Of a DNA stretch of 64,000 bases, positions 1 to 13,739 are shown one piece after another; position 1 is the stretch's first letter, and every line of letters begins with the position of its first letter. Source of the DNA: Orbicella franksi (Eukaryota); NCBI GenBank assembly GCA_964199315.1, contig OZ116699.1, positions 22,444,001 to 22,508,000 of the forward strand, given 5' to 3'. The notes beneath the pieces are model-generated. The model was not told the origin of the DNA. It did no database searches and saw only the letters and a list, made by a program, of their open reading frames with translations. The position numbers were made by a program, and so were the translations under genes.

Positions 1-176
1 CACCCAGGTGTATAAATGGGTACCGGCGAACTTAATGCTGGGGGAAACCCTGCGATGGACTAGCATCCCATCCAGGGGGGAGTAGAAATACTCCTAGTCG
101 CTTCATGCTACAGAAATCGGGATAAGCTCCGGCCTGATGGGCCACTTGGCTTGTACGCAGACTTTACCTTTTTTAC
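1..176 (+). mobile_element. 3' half of a SINE-like dispersed repeat (runs off the window start)
   Basis: The string ...aaccctgcgatggactagcatcccatccagggggggagtagaaatactcctagtcgcttcatgctac...gcagactttaccttttttacc is recognised as an abundant anthozoan short interspersed repeat. A degenerate piece of the same sequence (gtagaaatactcctagttgct...gtagactttacc) recurs at about 26600-26670. Confidence 0.6.
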
Positions 177-779
177 CATACAGCAGGTATTATTAAGCGG
201 GCAAGATAGTGCCATCTTGCCCACTTGGGAAGCCAATCACAGCACAGGATTCGGTTCATCTTGCCCACTCACGGAGCTAGCGATATAATAAATATTAGAC
301 TGTTGCTTAAGTATAATGTTATTGTCATCTGTATTGGTCTAAATTTGGGTATGGTTTGTGTATTTGGGCCAGAAAATAGGTATAATTCTTAGAATTTTTA
401 TCATGATTACAATAACACTATTCATCGAGTGAAAAGTGCATTTCATTATCAGCATGAATTGAAAGCTCTTCTTAAAGTTTATGCAGACCAAAGCACACTG
501 TAGTTCCCTGGAAGAGTCTGGCTGGCAGTAGGGTATCTATATTTGGGTCAGATATGAAAGAGAATGTGAAATGTTTTTGTCTGAAATAGAGAATAGTTTC
601 CTGATTGAGAAGTGTGCCACAGACCCACACCCACATTTTTGGGTGTCCCCTGGCCCCATTTTGTCAACCATCATATGGTAGGCTTGTTTGTTTGTTTTGT
701 TTTGTTTTGTTTTGTTTTTTTTGTTCATGTTTGTCATGTCCTGCGACATTGAAACCATTTGGTTGTTTACTTTGTTCAG

Positions 780-2006
780 GTGTCAACATCAGAAGGTCAA
801 GAATTGGCCAGCGAACTTAAGGTACAAAATCAGGGTACTTACTTACTGAGACATGTAAAAAATCTGAATTTGCCAGTACAACAAACATTAGGGGTGCAAG
901 ACAACACCTGTTCCATCCAGCCCAGCAATGCAGAGAACTCATATCGCTACAACTCCTTCTCTTCTTGGCATGCGTTACCACTGGAAATTACATGTTGTGA
1001 AATTAGGCCTGCTCTAAGACTCCATCTCTTTGAATAGTTGCACAATGGGCACCAAAAATTCTTAACTCAAGATTCATGCATGCTTTTATTAAAGGGGCAA
1101 ACAAAGATGCCAAGATATCCATGAAGGGTTTCAGCAGCACTAGATTCAAACAACGTTTCCAAGAAAATATACACTTGGACTTCTTCAACCTCCCCCAATA
1201 GGCCTGGTCAACCATATGTGTAATTAGTATCTCAAGGAAAGATCCTACACTTGCAACTGTTACTTGAATGTGTTTTGGGTGGTCCAACCCACTCACTGTC
1301 TTTTTGCATTTTTGCACTAAGACATTTTTTGACCATATTTCCAAACACCAAGAAGAAAGTTGAAAATATGATGTGCAGCAGATTATTTTTGAAGAACTTT
1401 GAGGTCCTTTGAACTTTCAAAATGTGGTCAAACACTGTTTTGGGTGTTTGATACATGTATATCTTCTCAATCGGAACTAAAACTAAGGAGCAAACAGAGA
1501 AATATAAGCATAAAAATCTATGTTAATTAAGATCAGATATCCCAACACTTGTCACGGTCATAATTTCCTTTGTTTAAACTTGATGAATCATTAATGAGTT
1601 CGAGAAAGAAATTGTATTAATTAACCCAAAGTGAAGGTATTACTTTTGAAGTAACTGACCAGCATTGCATTATCTGTTATACAGATTGAATACATTGAAA
1701 CCAGCGCTAAACAAAGAACCAATGTTGATGCTGCATTCCACGACCTTGTAAGAGCTATCAGGTACAGCATGGTTTTTTTGTGTCTGTACTGTAGTCTTTG
1801 CACAGCAGTACGCGTATCGACCTGGCCATTTGTCATAACTTGATTGTGACTATAGGAAAAACACAAAGACCTAGAGAACCTACATTTTGATAATAGGTTA
1901 AATTTATACAGCTTTGTGTGCTCTTTGCAGGAAATTTTACGCCCAGATGGATGAGCAAGAAAAGAAAAACAAAAACAGCAATAAAAGGAGATGCTTAATT
2001 TTGTGA
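780..2006 (+). CDS. RRAS2: Ras-family small GTPase, R-Ras/TC21-like, last three coding exons (5' exons lie upstream of the window)
   Basis: Exons 780-821, 1685-1761 and 1931-2006 have canonical GT-AG ends and matching phases (0, 2). Joined they read VSTSEGQELASELK-IEYIETSAKQRTNVDAAFHDLVRAIR-KFYAQMDEQEKKNKNSNKRRCLIL*. This contains the G5 ETSAK motif and a CaaX box (CLIL), and parallels the R-Ras2 C-terminus (…ASAK…NVDQAFHELVRVIRKF). The choice of RRAS2 over RRAS/MRAS is tentative. Confidence 0.85.
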
Positions 2007-3601
2007 CACAGTTTGCTAGTTTTGTTCGATTAGGACTTTCTATTTGTTAAAATGTTTATGTTACAGTATGAGATGATTGAATAGTTGTCAAATTTCAGAA
2101 CTTATCGCTGCTTGCATGCAAAGAAACAGATGAGCGCTAGTAACAAAAAAGTATCATTCCAAGTTATTTTTGTACAAAATATGCATGTGGTACTAGACTT
2201 AACTAAAGAATACAGGGCCGTGTCTATAGCCAGGGACTTTTTTCAAAAATTCATTGTGTGAGATCAAGAGAAATGTGTGAATTTTGTTGTCATACAGAGC
2301 GTCGCACTTACTTCAAACTTTGTTAAACATGGGCATGTGAATTTATTTTGTACCCTCTTTTTTGTCATGATCAACAAAACATTCCTAATGTAAACAGAGA
2401 AATTTATGAACATTACTGATCATGAACGAAACGAACCGTACTACCAGGACTTTAATCACATTTTGCTAATTAATACATGAGACATTGGGAGATCATTCGC
2501 AGTAGACCTCCCAGAAATATATCTTTTAACGTGGCCCTGAATTCTGCCAGTAGTTCAAACTATAACAAGTACAGTAGGAAGATAGAGTGTCGTTGTTTTA
2601 AGAAAAAAATTCCATCATAAAGAGCTTTTTACGTAACAGTTGCAAATATTTATCACAGGATTACTATATTTTTTCATATTTTTTTTCAGTCCTAAATACA
2701 TAATAATGTAGTGGTTTTCCTTTAAGCAGTGTATGTTGACGTAACGAAGCATTGGGAAATATTCGCTTCAAACTAATTAATAAATGGAAATGTAGATTTC
2801 CTCGATTAGTTGCAACAAAATATATTTTTTTAACTGCCAAACGAATGAGTCGGTTATTTTCAACTTTGTCCATATTACAAACTTCCCTGTCGATCATCAC
2901 ATTACCTCGCAAGCTGCCTTTATGTTTTTTAGCGCTGTCCTACTAAATCAGACCATAGGAGTGTCTTGAGACCTTGCTGAATAATTTAATCATGGTTGGC
3001 ACCTGTCCCTCTAAAGGGCCTTTATTTTGTAAGCTATTGTGTAGCATACGACTGAGCAGCTTGCACGTCATACCTTGGTTATGTAATGCAATGGCTTTGC
3101 AAATGTACAGTGGAACAAAAATTCTCATGGTTATTCTTTTCAGTTTTCTTCATTACTCTCCTAGCACTTGCCGATTTCGTCAAAAATGTCTAATTTTAAG
3201 TACTAGCCATGTTAGAAATAACTTAACAGGGTACGTTTTAGTTCATATGAGTTTTCAATTATTAAGTTTGCAAATTGCGAGTGTCTGAAATGGAGAAAAT
3301 TAAAGCAATCATGTAGTTATGACAGGGGAAGTTGCTTAAGTAGCTGTTAAAAATAGCGCATACGATCCTACTCTTTGGCAATAAATTAATTTCTCTGTAT
3401 CTTTTTGAGTTCTGTTCATAAAAGTAATATTTAAGTAATGTTTAAGAGCAGTGGGTGTTTTTTCCTCCAAGAAACGACAAACAAATCGTTGAAACTTCAG
3501 ACGATGTAAATTTAGGCGCAGCTCAGGGTTGGTTACGTCAGTTGAAGTGTCACTTGAGTGTCGTCCATGGCATTTACGCCTCCATTGTGCTATGTCACTT
3601 C

Positions 3602-3748
3602 CATTGGCGGATCTAGTTGGGGGGGAGATCGCGCCCCCTCCCCTTATTTTGGGTTAAAAAAGAGGGAATCGCAGAAGGAAGAAAAGACGACAGGGCAAGC
3701 AAAACAAAACCGGGGCCCCCCTTAGCTCAAGGTCTGGATCCGCCGCTG
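3602..3748. mobile_element. Short MITE-like element (ggcggatctag...ggatccgcc termini)
   Basis: Imperfect terminal inverted repeats tggcggatctag / ctggatccgccg. A second family member lies in the opposite orientation at 27360-27528 (ggtggcggatctagaccttgagttaaggg...aaatctgccactg). Confidence 0.6.
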
Positions 3749-4649
3749 ACTTCTACCTCATTTTTCGCAAATGCTGCTATTGACGTTCAGCCCACCTATT
3801 AACCAAGAAATGCTGAAAAGATTAGTCGTGAATAAATAGGTTTACTAGTTTCGTTATTTTTGGGAAACGTTATCATGATAACTATTCACCATGCATAGGG
3901 TAGACCCTCTCTAGTCTTTGTCAAATATACATGTATATACACAACAATTAAAGTGGAAGTCTTGAATCCTGCCAGGTATGTCGTAATGTAGTTGCCATGT
4001 GACATGAATGATTTGTTTAAGATAGTTTTGAGCTTGCTTGTTCCGGTAAACGTGCGTTGCAGCCATTTGACGTAAGGGTTCCTCTTTCAGGCTGGAGGTT
4101 TGATAAGAGGGTAGGGACTCTATGAGCTGAATTAGTAGGAGAAATTGGTAGGGGAAACTTAAAAAATATTTCGAACAGACGCACCTAACAGCTGAAGCTG
4201 ACTCAATTCAAATTTAAACGTATAGAAAAGGGATACAATTTGCCTACTGTGGATATGTCGAAAAGGGTACCTTTTTGTAAGGAAGGTATGACATAAAAAA
4301 GCTATAGGGCTTAGATCTCGGGTTATTGTTAGCCTGTTTATAGGCGTTTGATTCAGCTACCACTTGCCGCAATTCTCTGCGCTGTAGCTTCTCGAACTGG
4401 GAAAGGCTACTGGTTGTGCTTCTCAGCATCTTGAACACGTGCAGTTCTTTTTCTGTTTGAAACGACCAAACAGAAAAGAGAAGAGTATAGATATAGGTAA
4501 GCTTATTTCGAGTGGCTTATTCCCGACTATCTGCTTGTGTTGGAAGAACAGGAGATCAGATGGCCAGCGCAGTTTTGACAACAAGGTTACCTGTCATGTC
4601 GGTGATTCATCTTCAGTTATTTCTCCCGTCGGTTTCACTTGCGACGGAA

Positions 4650-5150
4650 GCATAAGCCTAAACGTAAGTGTAAGACACTTATGCGCTAGTGAGGACGGCC
4701 GCGACATAAGCATAAACTTTCTTCTTATGCTTATGCTTATGTTCAGTGAGGACATCGTTGACTTAAGCATAAAGTGCTCGGTGATTGGCTGATAGTCTTA
4801 CGCTTATGCACATGTTCATGCTTATACCAACCGCTTATGCCAGCATGTCCTCACTGGACACAATAACGACATAAGCATAAGCATAAGAAGAACGCAAGGT
4901 TTTGATATTCTTAGGCTTAGAGTTATGCTTATGTCGTGGCCGTCCTCACTGACATAAGCACATGCGTAAGCAGAACGGTAGTGAGCACGCCCAGAACACG
5001 AACATAACCACGAAGGCATGCGTAGAATGGATAATTGCCTTGTTCTGCTTGTTCTTGTGCTTATGCTTGTGTTGTGCGCGTCCTCAGTACCGTATGCTTG
5101 AGCTTAGCATATGCTATGGGCGTTCTCACTACCGTTATGCTTAAGCTTGT
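4650..5150. repeat. Two adjacent palindromic CATAAG/CTTATG-rich fold-back elements
   Basis: gtgaggacggccgcgacataagcataa (about 4689) is the inverted copy of ttatgcttatgtcgtggccgtcctcac (about 4922-4949). aacggtagtgagcacgccca (about 4975) is the inverted copy of tgggcgttctcactaccgtt (about 5117-5137). Internal (CATAAG)n and (CTTATG)n runs are present. Confidence 0.65.
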
Positions 5151-7273
5151 GCTTATTTTGAATGTCGTACAGCGGTATTCTCGTGATGCGTGATTAGCTG
5201 ATTTTATTTTCCGTGAAACGTGGATTCAGGAAATTATTCTTCATGATCCGTGACCAAAAGGTTTTGCGTGACCCGTGAAGAACTTGAATTATTCACCGAT
5301 ATTCGTGATTTCACCACTCAACTCTACGTGATTTTGAGACGCGGGTCCTCCGAATGTCTGTCGAGAGTGACTTAGACATGCGATTTACAATATGGAGCCT
5401 TGACTTAGCCTTTCATTATTTTTCCTTCTTCAAACACTTTTTCTAGTGTAAGAACAGGTTACTAAAAGGAGTAGCCTACTTTCTTATTTTTGCGATTCTG
5501 GAAAACGAAATTTTTACATCCATGATCCGTGATCCTCAATTTTTTCCGTTCGTAAACCGTGCCATAGACCCCCCCCTGTACGACTCTCTATGTTGTAGTG
5601 AAAACCAGGCCTTAGGTGTATGGGTATTGTCACCCTTCAGTGGACGAAATTAAATTTTATAAGCAATTTAGTCACGAGTACGCTCTTTTTTATAAGAACG
5701 CCAGGGGATGTGAGGCTGAAATTTCAGTAGTAAAAGAACTTATTTGTTTTCTCCACTTGTTTTGTTACAAGCTTTTAGTACGTGTCTAAATAATATTTCA
5801 TTAATTGGTCTGGATAAATTCAAGCTCGAAATGACTTTGACGTACGTTTCCCGGTCACGTTCACGGTTCAGGTTGATTTGCTGAAAGACTGAAATCGGTG
5901 TAACCATGCAGGTAAAACGTACAAGAACCTTTTTGTTTCATGGGCCCAACAACATTCTGTTCCAGCTGATCTTCAGCTCAAAAACTAAATGTTCACTCTG
6001 AAAGATAGTGGTAGTATATAATATATATCAACAGAAACTACACGTACGCTTATCTAGTCTTTACGCGTGAGGGTTGGTAGGAGGCCAGGTTTTTTAGTCT
6101 GGTTTCGCAAGCCCACGGACAAGGTCATCTGTCACGCAGTTGAGATCAGTCCACATCCAGAGGTCCACATCCTTGGAGGGGGGAGGCAAGGGACCCTATG
6201 GTGTTGAAATGTCCTGCCTAAGTACGATCCGGCCAACACAGGCTCTTCTAGAATTTAGCCTGCGTCTCAGACAGAGTAAACCGCCGGGCTATATTGCGGA
6301 TTTTGCGACACGTCCAGCTGTAACGCAGTATACTAGAGCGAAATTCCCGTACCGTCTCATCTACGTCACAAGCTGCGTCACACACAGTCTAAACCGCCGA
6401 ACTATATCGCGGATTTTGTGACCATCCGGTTCTACTATAAATTGGCAAATTATTTCCTCTCAAATGTCAGTTAAGTTCGAAACTCCCGTCACATCTACGT
6501 CACAAGCTCATACGGTTTGGTTTCCTCTATAGTTTGTGCGTCATTCATACCAGACCACATGCAACCTGGAGAGGAGGTGTTCTTGCCATCACACCCTAAA
6601 CTGATCCACAAGAAATAACGGGCCTCTTTCTCACCATGTTATATTGTTCGTTTGAATAAGTTTCTCCACCCCAGGATGGTCGGCTCCACCTTTTGTACCC
6701 TCATAACGACAGGATGTGCTTAACTTGTAGTTTCTGAGGCGTTGTAGTTTTAAATTTTCAGTGGAACATGATGGTCTCTCAACCCTTTGAAAATTCCTTA
6801 CCCATCATTTCTAATTCTAATTCTAACCCTAACCCTCAATGAAGAAGTCGAAGGGGTCTAAATGAACCGGCCCCTCTTCTCAAATGAGGTTAGCACTGCC
6901 ACCATTTGAGGGTCAGTCATTGCCCAGAATGCCACGACATAGGAGTAATCAGACTTGTACATGTAATCTCTGCTTGCTCAGCCTTACGAAATAGTTTTTC
7001 TCCAGCCAAGCTCCAGGCAATAACCACTTTGCTTTTGAAAGTGAATGCCATTGTTCTCATTCTCTATTCTTGAGTTACACCATGTGTTCCAGAAGGCGAC
7101 AACGTGCCGAAAGAAAGGGCCTTCTGAGCATGCTCTGTCTGTCAACCCCTGCACAAAAACCTATTCTTCTGTCGTTTCTTTCTACTCAGCTGTTGCACAA
7201 AGCAGGTACTTGCTTTGCGCACTACACCGCTGCTAAAAAGCTTTTCATTTACTGGACAGTATTTCTTCGCGTC

Positions 7274-10200
7274 ATGTTCGCGTCGCACAGACCTCGAGTT
7301 TTTCGCTCGCGTCTGGGCTGTTGCATTTGTGGCGCGAAGTCTTCGAGTTCACGATTCACCTCCTCGTCTAAATACGAGTTGCTGTTTAGCGGTTGTTTTC
7401 AATTGAATGAAAAGAGGCAAGGAGAGATCTGCAATGCTTGTGTACTTCTCGTTAAAAGATGGAAGAAACTACCGCCTGGCAGCTCGAAAAACTGGAAGCA
7501 TGTAAGTAGAGAAATGTCCATACATTTGGTATTCTACGTTTTGCGCAATTGCTGTCAGTTTATCGGATGTAACTTAAGTTTTGGCTCAATATATTTTCCC
7601 CGTTGCAGGTTGTAGACAGTAAAGCAACTGTGAAAAGAACTACCAAGCCAAGAAGAAGTTCTAGAACTTTGAACGTTGAAAACGAAAATGAACTGACTTC
7701 TAAGCTGAACGGAAGAGCAACAAGTGGTCGCAACGGCAGTTGCGGCGAACAAGAAACTCGAGGTTTGCTTTGTGGCCTTGTTGTTTTAATATCATCTCTT
7801 GGTGACACTTTTCACATCTAAAGAATTTTTTTATCGGGATATCTTTATGACAGTCATACTGTGTTTTGTGGGTTAGCCCAATGGTGTGCTCTTTAGAGAT
7901 CAGAGAAATAAAACAGGCCATTGCTATAGAATTTTGGGACCTTTTGACTGATAAAAGAAATCAATCCATGGGTGAATTAATTAAACAGGGCCGTTTGTGA
8001 CAAAGTAGTTCCAACTCGTGTGTAAATAATTTCTTCTTTCAAGAAACAGACGTGACAAAAGAAAAGAAAACTTAAACCCAATATAAGAATTCAGTGTTTG
8101 TCAGCTGGGTATACAGGAACCATAATGACCTGATGAAAAATAATTAACAATTATTCAGCGAAGTCGAGGTAAATATCCATCACTTTCACCGACACTGAGG
8201 TGAATAACTGTTTTAGTATATACCACACAAGCTGAATAATTAGCGGACCAAAACTTTATTTTATGAGTGACAAGCAGTGGGAAATTTTAAAATCTCTCGC
8301 GCTGGCTGCTCGGAGGTGAATAGTACTTGCTAATCACCTCGGAGTTAACCAATCAGAGTGTGCAAAAAGCACTATTTACTTGTGTGGTATATACTAATTA
8401 AAGTTACGTGTGGTTTGAAGGCCAGGTTTTCTTTCCTGAAGATGCACTTGTCAAATTATAATTGTTTTATTTAAATAAATGTACCTCTAGCTTCTTGCTT
8501 TTGTTACAAGTTAAATTTGGAAATTTAGCAAGTAAAAGCTTGGACATGGTGTTCATATTAATATTTTGAACTTTTTTTCTTAGTCCTTTTGTGTGAAAAA
8601 TATTGTTAAGATTTTCTTTTTGTGGTTTTAAATGCCTAGTAATACTGTAATATTTTTTTTTACTTGTCTGGCAACATTGTTACAATTTGCATGTTGAAAA
8701 ACCTTGTACACATTACCACCTGCATTGCAAGATACGGCAACTTGTTGCTCTAAAGGCTGGTTAATTCCAGCTCATAAGCATAAGCATAAGCAGAGTACTC
8801 AAACACAGTAAGGTGCTGTTAAATAGCACCTTTTGTTTAGACATTTTCTGAACAAAAGGTGCTTATTATTAAGGTCCATTAGCTGATTCATGTGCGGGCT
8901 CACGCGCGGTGCTTAGAAGGTGAAATTTCACTTCCAGTTACTTACATCAGCCTGTGCGCGGAAAATAAAAACAACTCAACAACTTGCAAATTTGCTTATT
9001 CACAAGATACAAAATAAAAAGAGCACAAGCTAAGACAAAATAAGAAAAAAACAGAAAAACAAGAGCAAAAGAAAGAGAAAAACTAACTCCACGTGGCTTT
9101 GTTTAATCTTACCAAAGTGCGCTGGTAGTGTAAATTGTGCACATGCTGATGGGGTAACTTCCAATATATATCCAGTGCACTTCTGCTTTGTTTAAATGCT
9201 AAAGGAAAGGCAGTTTTTCATTAAATTGAGCCTTTTTTGATGAGTTTCTATTGAAGCCAACGTTGGAAACATAGCTATGCATTCCTTTTTCAAAATCATG
9301 CTTTTTTCAGAAAATTATGAATTTCTCAATATTTTAAAATTCTCTTAAAATCTGACCTTTTAGAGATAAAACAAAATCTATGCATTGAATAATGAGGATT
9401 AAAATTGAAATATTAAATCAAAGGAGAAAATCCCAATAAAGTAAATTGCCTGGGAGCCTTTGCATTTTTTCAGTATTAGTCACGTGACCATTTGAGGGCA
9501 TGGCCTGATGATGTCATCACTGGTGTTACTGGTCATGAAAAAGTTAAAACACATGAAATAACTCTGAACTAACTAAAAAATGATGATCCTTGGCAACGGG
9601 TCTAAAAGATCAGTTAAAGGTCCCATAGTGTCTTGCTGATTCTGTGTATGCCGCTCATGTTTACTTGTGTGCTAGTTAAAACCAGCCTTGAGTGGACACA
9701 AGCTCTTTGTGAAACATGTTACCCCAACTTAAACCACAGGTTGTAAAATGCACAGCTGCACTTTTTAAGTTGCAGCAAAACAATGTTGTATGGCAAGTTA
9801 CAGGGAAATGTTGCCCATATTACTTCACTGTAGTGCTGCCTTATCTATTTTTGTATTTGCTACTGTGGAATTGTTTGTATTGTCAGTTTTTACTGACAGT
9901 GACACCATTAATCATCATTGCCAGTTTCTGTACCAAAACACCCATGTATTTATGTCATAAAAGTTCTTTTACCCACCACAACATTTACCTTTTTGCTACT
10001 ATTATCATTCCTGGGGAATGGGAGAAATAAAGCTTGTTGTTGTCATTGTTTCCTCCCTCTGCGATCACAACTCATAACTGACCAACATCCATAAGCCATC
10101 ACTTTTCCAAAATACCAAACTTTTGCTTGTGAAGCCTTTACCCATTGGAACCACTTTTTAGTGACCACCTCTTGTATACATCAGTGGCCATTTCAAGACT

Positions 10201-10928
10201 GTTTGCATGAAAGTTTCTATTTCTTTGTATTTCTGTTTTTCTATTTCACATGATCTGGCCTTCTAACCCCGCCATTTGGGTAACAAGAAACCTTACAGGC
10301 CTGTCTTAAATGTGGTCCGTCATACAGAGGTCCCCTTCCTCTCCCCAAGGGAACTCACAGGCTTCACACTTTAGGTGGTCACTTTCAGGAGTGCTTGCCT
10401 GTTTATGATTAGAATTTAACAGGGGTCCTGTGGGGAATGTGCAGACCAATCTTATAGTTGTTGTTATGTATTAGTTTACAAGTTTATTTGTTTGTTTTGT
10501 TGTTGTTCAAAAAAAATCAAGTTTAATATCTGTTTCCTGCTTTGAAATTTACAGATGATGATGAGATTGAAACTGATAGTGGTGACTTGTCGCCAACCTT
10601 GATGTGTGGCTCACCAAGTCCAAGCCCTAGTGATGTATCTGATGAGTTCTCATCAAGTTCATTAACGGCATGTACACAGCCTGTTCATCGTGTCTCTACA
10701 GCTTCACAGACTTCCTTCCTATTTCCATCCCTCACTTCCTCTACAAATAATAAGCTTCCATTTATTGACCTGTCTATGTGGCGGCGTGAAGAAATATGCT
10801 GTGGCACCATATTCAGGGGACCTCATGGAGAGGTCCTTGTGGACCCCAAGCTTCTGAACCCTATGTGTACATGCTCTTGTAGTGCGAGGCCCCCTGTAAA
10901 TATTGGTGAGGCAAAGAGTCTTCAGTAG
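7274..10928 (+). CDS. SINHCAF: SIN3-HDAC complex-associated factor (FAM60A), 3 coding exons, 251 aa
   Basis: Exons 7274-7501, 7609-7762 and 10555-10928 are GT-AG with phases 0 and 1. The N-terminus MFASHRPRVFRSRLGCCICGAKSSSSRFT...GEICNACVLLVKRWKKLPPGSSKNWKHVVD matches the FAM60A GATA-like zinc finger. The C-terminal PFIDLSMWRREEICCGTIFRGPHGEVLVD motif matches the conserved FAM60A C-terminal block. Confidence 0.95.
8135..8400. mobile_element. MITE-like repeat in SINHCAF intron 2
   Basis: Internal inverted segments ttagtatataccacacaag / cttgtgtggtatatactaa. Recognised as a common anthozoan repeat. Confidence 0.5.
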
Positions 10929-13213
10929 TAGTAGGCAGATCCTGTCCATTACAAAGTGCATTTTGTATACATTCACTCATAAATTAGCTAATGTAAGCTA
11001 TGTACGTGATTGACCATATGTCCCTCATCCAGCATTGTCTTGAATTACCATTTCATGTTCACCTGCAATACCCTGATTGTACCCAAACAGTTCAAATTAA
11101 TAATTTCAGTTACAGCTGATCACCACCATAAGAGTTAGACACCGTAAGAGTTAGACAAAATTCAGCATTCTTGAATGACCAATTTTTTAAATACATAGTA
11201 CATACATGTAGTACATACATGTAGAACATACAGGATTGACACGTCAAAAGACATTGATGACGCATTATTGTCAGAGAAACAATACTTTGAGTTTACTCTG
11301 CCAGTTTGTCAATAACAGTGGTCACAATTCATTACACATGGATTTAATGTATTGTAAGGTGACACAATGACATCACCAACTGGCTTTCTGTTTTATGTAG
11401 TGTAACAGCCTCTGCAACTGTAACACTTAACAGTGATGGCCCTCTTGGGTGCCTCAGGTTATTGGTTCAACTGATAGTATTGTTCCGTCACCTCGCATTC
11501 ATGTCTGTAGAGAATGACAGCGAAGGGTATCACCCATGAGAATGGGAATCTATAGCTAGTTTAGCTCAAAACATGAATTGTCCTTATTGATTATGGTTAG
11601 TTTTATTGGAAGGTAAACGTACTTCATATTGTAAGGAGAAATTGAGTGATGGTTACTGTTGGGAAATCAGAGGGTGGAGGCTTTATAAGCTGCCAATGTT
11701 ATGAGTGTTTGATACTTCAAATGACTCTTTTTAGAGTGTGTACATGAAACTTGGTAAACTAAGGTACCAAGACCTTTATACTGATTAGAAGGTAAACAGT
11801 ATTACAAACAAAGTTTGGATCTTGAAACTTGGCTCTTTACATTCCAAGATTTCATGTAAAATATGTCAAAATGAACAGGTGCAAACTGTTCTAAGTACCG
11901 CTATCCACTATTGTTTATTTTTATTGTCCAACCTTTACATTATAGATAGTGTCGGCAATTAGCTTTGCCGCACCAATGACAGCTTTCCTTGTTAATTTTT
12001 CAGAATGTTCTGTTTATTCCCTTTTTGTGTTTACAGGTATATCCTTTTTTAAGAAAAATGTACATTTGGTTTTTCAGTTACATTTTTATGAGAATCAAAA
12101 ATAGATTTCATTCCTTTTTTTTGGAATAACGAGAAGAATAAGATGAAGACATCACGTCTTCTATTCACATTCTTCATCTTATTCTTCTTGTTATTCTAAC
12201 ACATTCCCAGCCTCGTTGAGTCAAATTTCCCATTTCTTGGAAATAAGAACAGAAAAGCTTTGCTTTTTTCCCTGGCAAAACAGTTTCTGAGAGTTCTTAT
12301 TGAGAGAAACAAACAATACTTTAAAGGCATCGTTAGGGTTATTATTGAATTGATTTCCCACATTTAGCCAAGCACATATACCCAATGTGGTTACCACGGA
12401 AGCTGCATGTGCTATACTTTATTGATATCCCTGACAATATGCAGTAACACTGACATGGTTAGTCTTGTAGCCTTGTAACTGTGTTTGATACTAGACATGA
12501 CAACTCATGCCCTGGGACTGCATTTAATACTGTGTGTTAATTTCTTGTTGTTGTAATGTGATACGGTGATACTCAGTGTAGTGTGATAATTAGCTGTACT
12601 TACTCAGACATTTGGAATTGGGATAGTGACTACAATGTATGATTATTATAGGTGTGTTATTGTAACATGAGATTATTATTACATTTTCAACCTCAGATAA
12701 TGCACTTTGTAGCTTAAACTTCTTGAAGTATCAGCAATCACATGCACATACTTATTTGAAATGGATCTCCAACATGTTAGTTGTCACATACAATATAGTG
12801 TCTTAACATGCATAGTTACAGACCACACAGCAATACAAACATTACAACATAGCGTTCAATAACAAATCCCTGTGATAAACACGCACTTTCTTAATTTACT
12901 TTACTGTACAAAATACTTGAAAAACCCTTGTATAAATAATTTAATTATGTTCAATTGCTGTTCACAGTTTGTCTTTATCAATTTTTATTCCTTTTTTAAC
13001 TCCGTGAACACACTAACAATCTTACATGCATTGTAAATAGTTTGTCAGTCACTCATGACAAGTAGTGTACACACTTTCATAATAGATACATGTTCATAAA
13101 CATCTCTGTTATGTTTTTATGGAGTGAGTTTCTAGCAGAGTTTGAAAGTAATATGGCTTGCACTGAAATTTTGTAGCAATAAGTAATAGTTTAGTCCAAG
13201 TGTGTATAGGGTA

Positions 13214-13708
13214 TTGGGGGGGGGGGTACTCCCTCATATGGGCTATACAGGTATGTGCGGCCCCAAAGGGTATGGTTTTTCAGCCATTTTGGTCATAAAT
13301 AGGGTATCAATTTCAGCCATTTTGGTCCTAAATACAGTGCTTTCAGTAAGACCTGGCCCCCGCCGGAGCTCCAGCAGGTACTCTCTTGTGAATCGCCAGC
13401 TGTATTCATGCATTAATGTGCTCTTAGAAAACAGCCCTAAGAAAATACGTGTGCTGATTGGTTAAAAATCGTGTTTTTGTAACTTGATGGAAACAAAGAA
13501 CTAGCACAAGCTGTTGACGTAATGATGGCATGAGCGAAGAGAATTTTCATTTGATGATCAAAGTAAACAAGCTGTTTTTCTATTTTTCGTTGCATTGTTT
13601 TCTAAAAGAAATAGAAAACATGTTCTCCTTGTTTCTGTCGAGTTATAGAAACACTCAAGAAAGTTTGGGAGAACTCGAAAAAGCTGTGAAAACACTCACC
13701 TGCGGCTT

Positions 13709-13739
<31 letters not shown>

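Noticed and set aside
4560-5160. CRISPR-like or regulatory repeat array
   Set aside because: These are inverted CATAAG/CTTATG motifs of fold-back elements in a eukaryotic genome, with no direct repeat-spacer structure.
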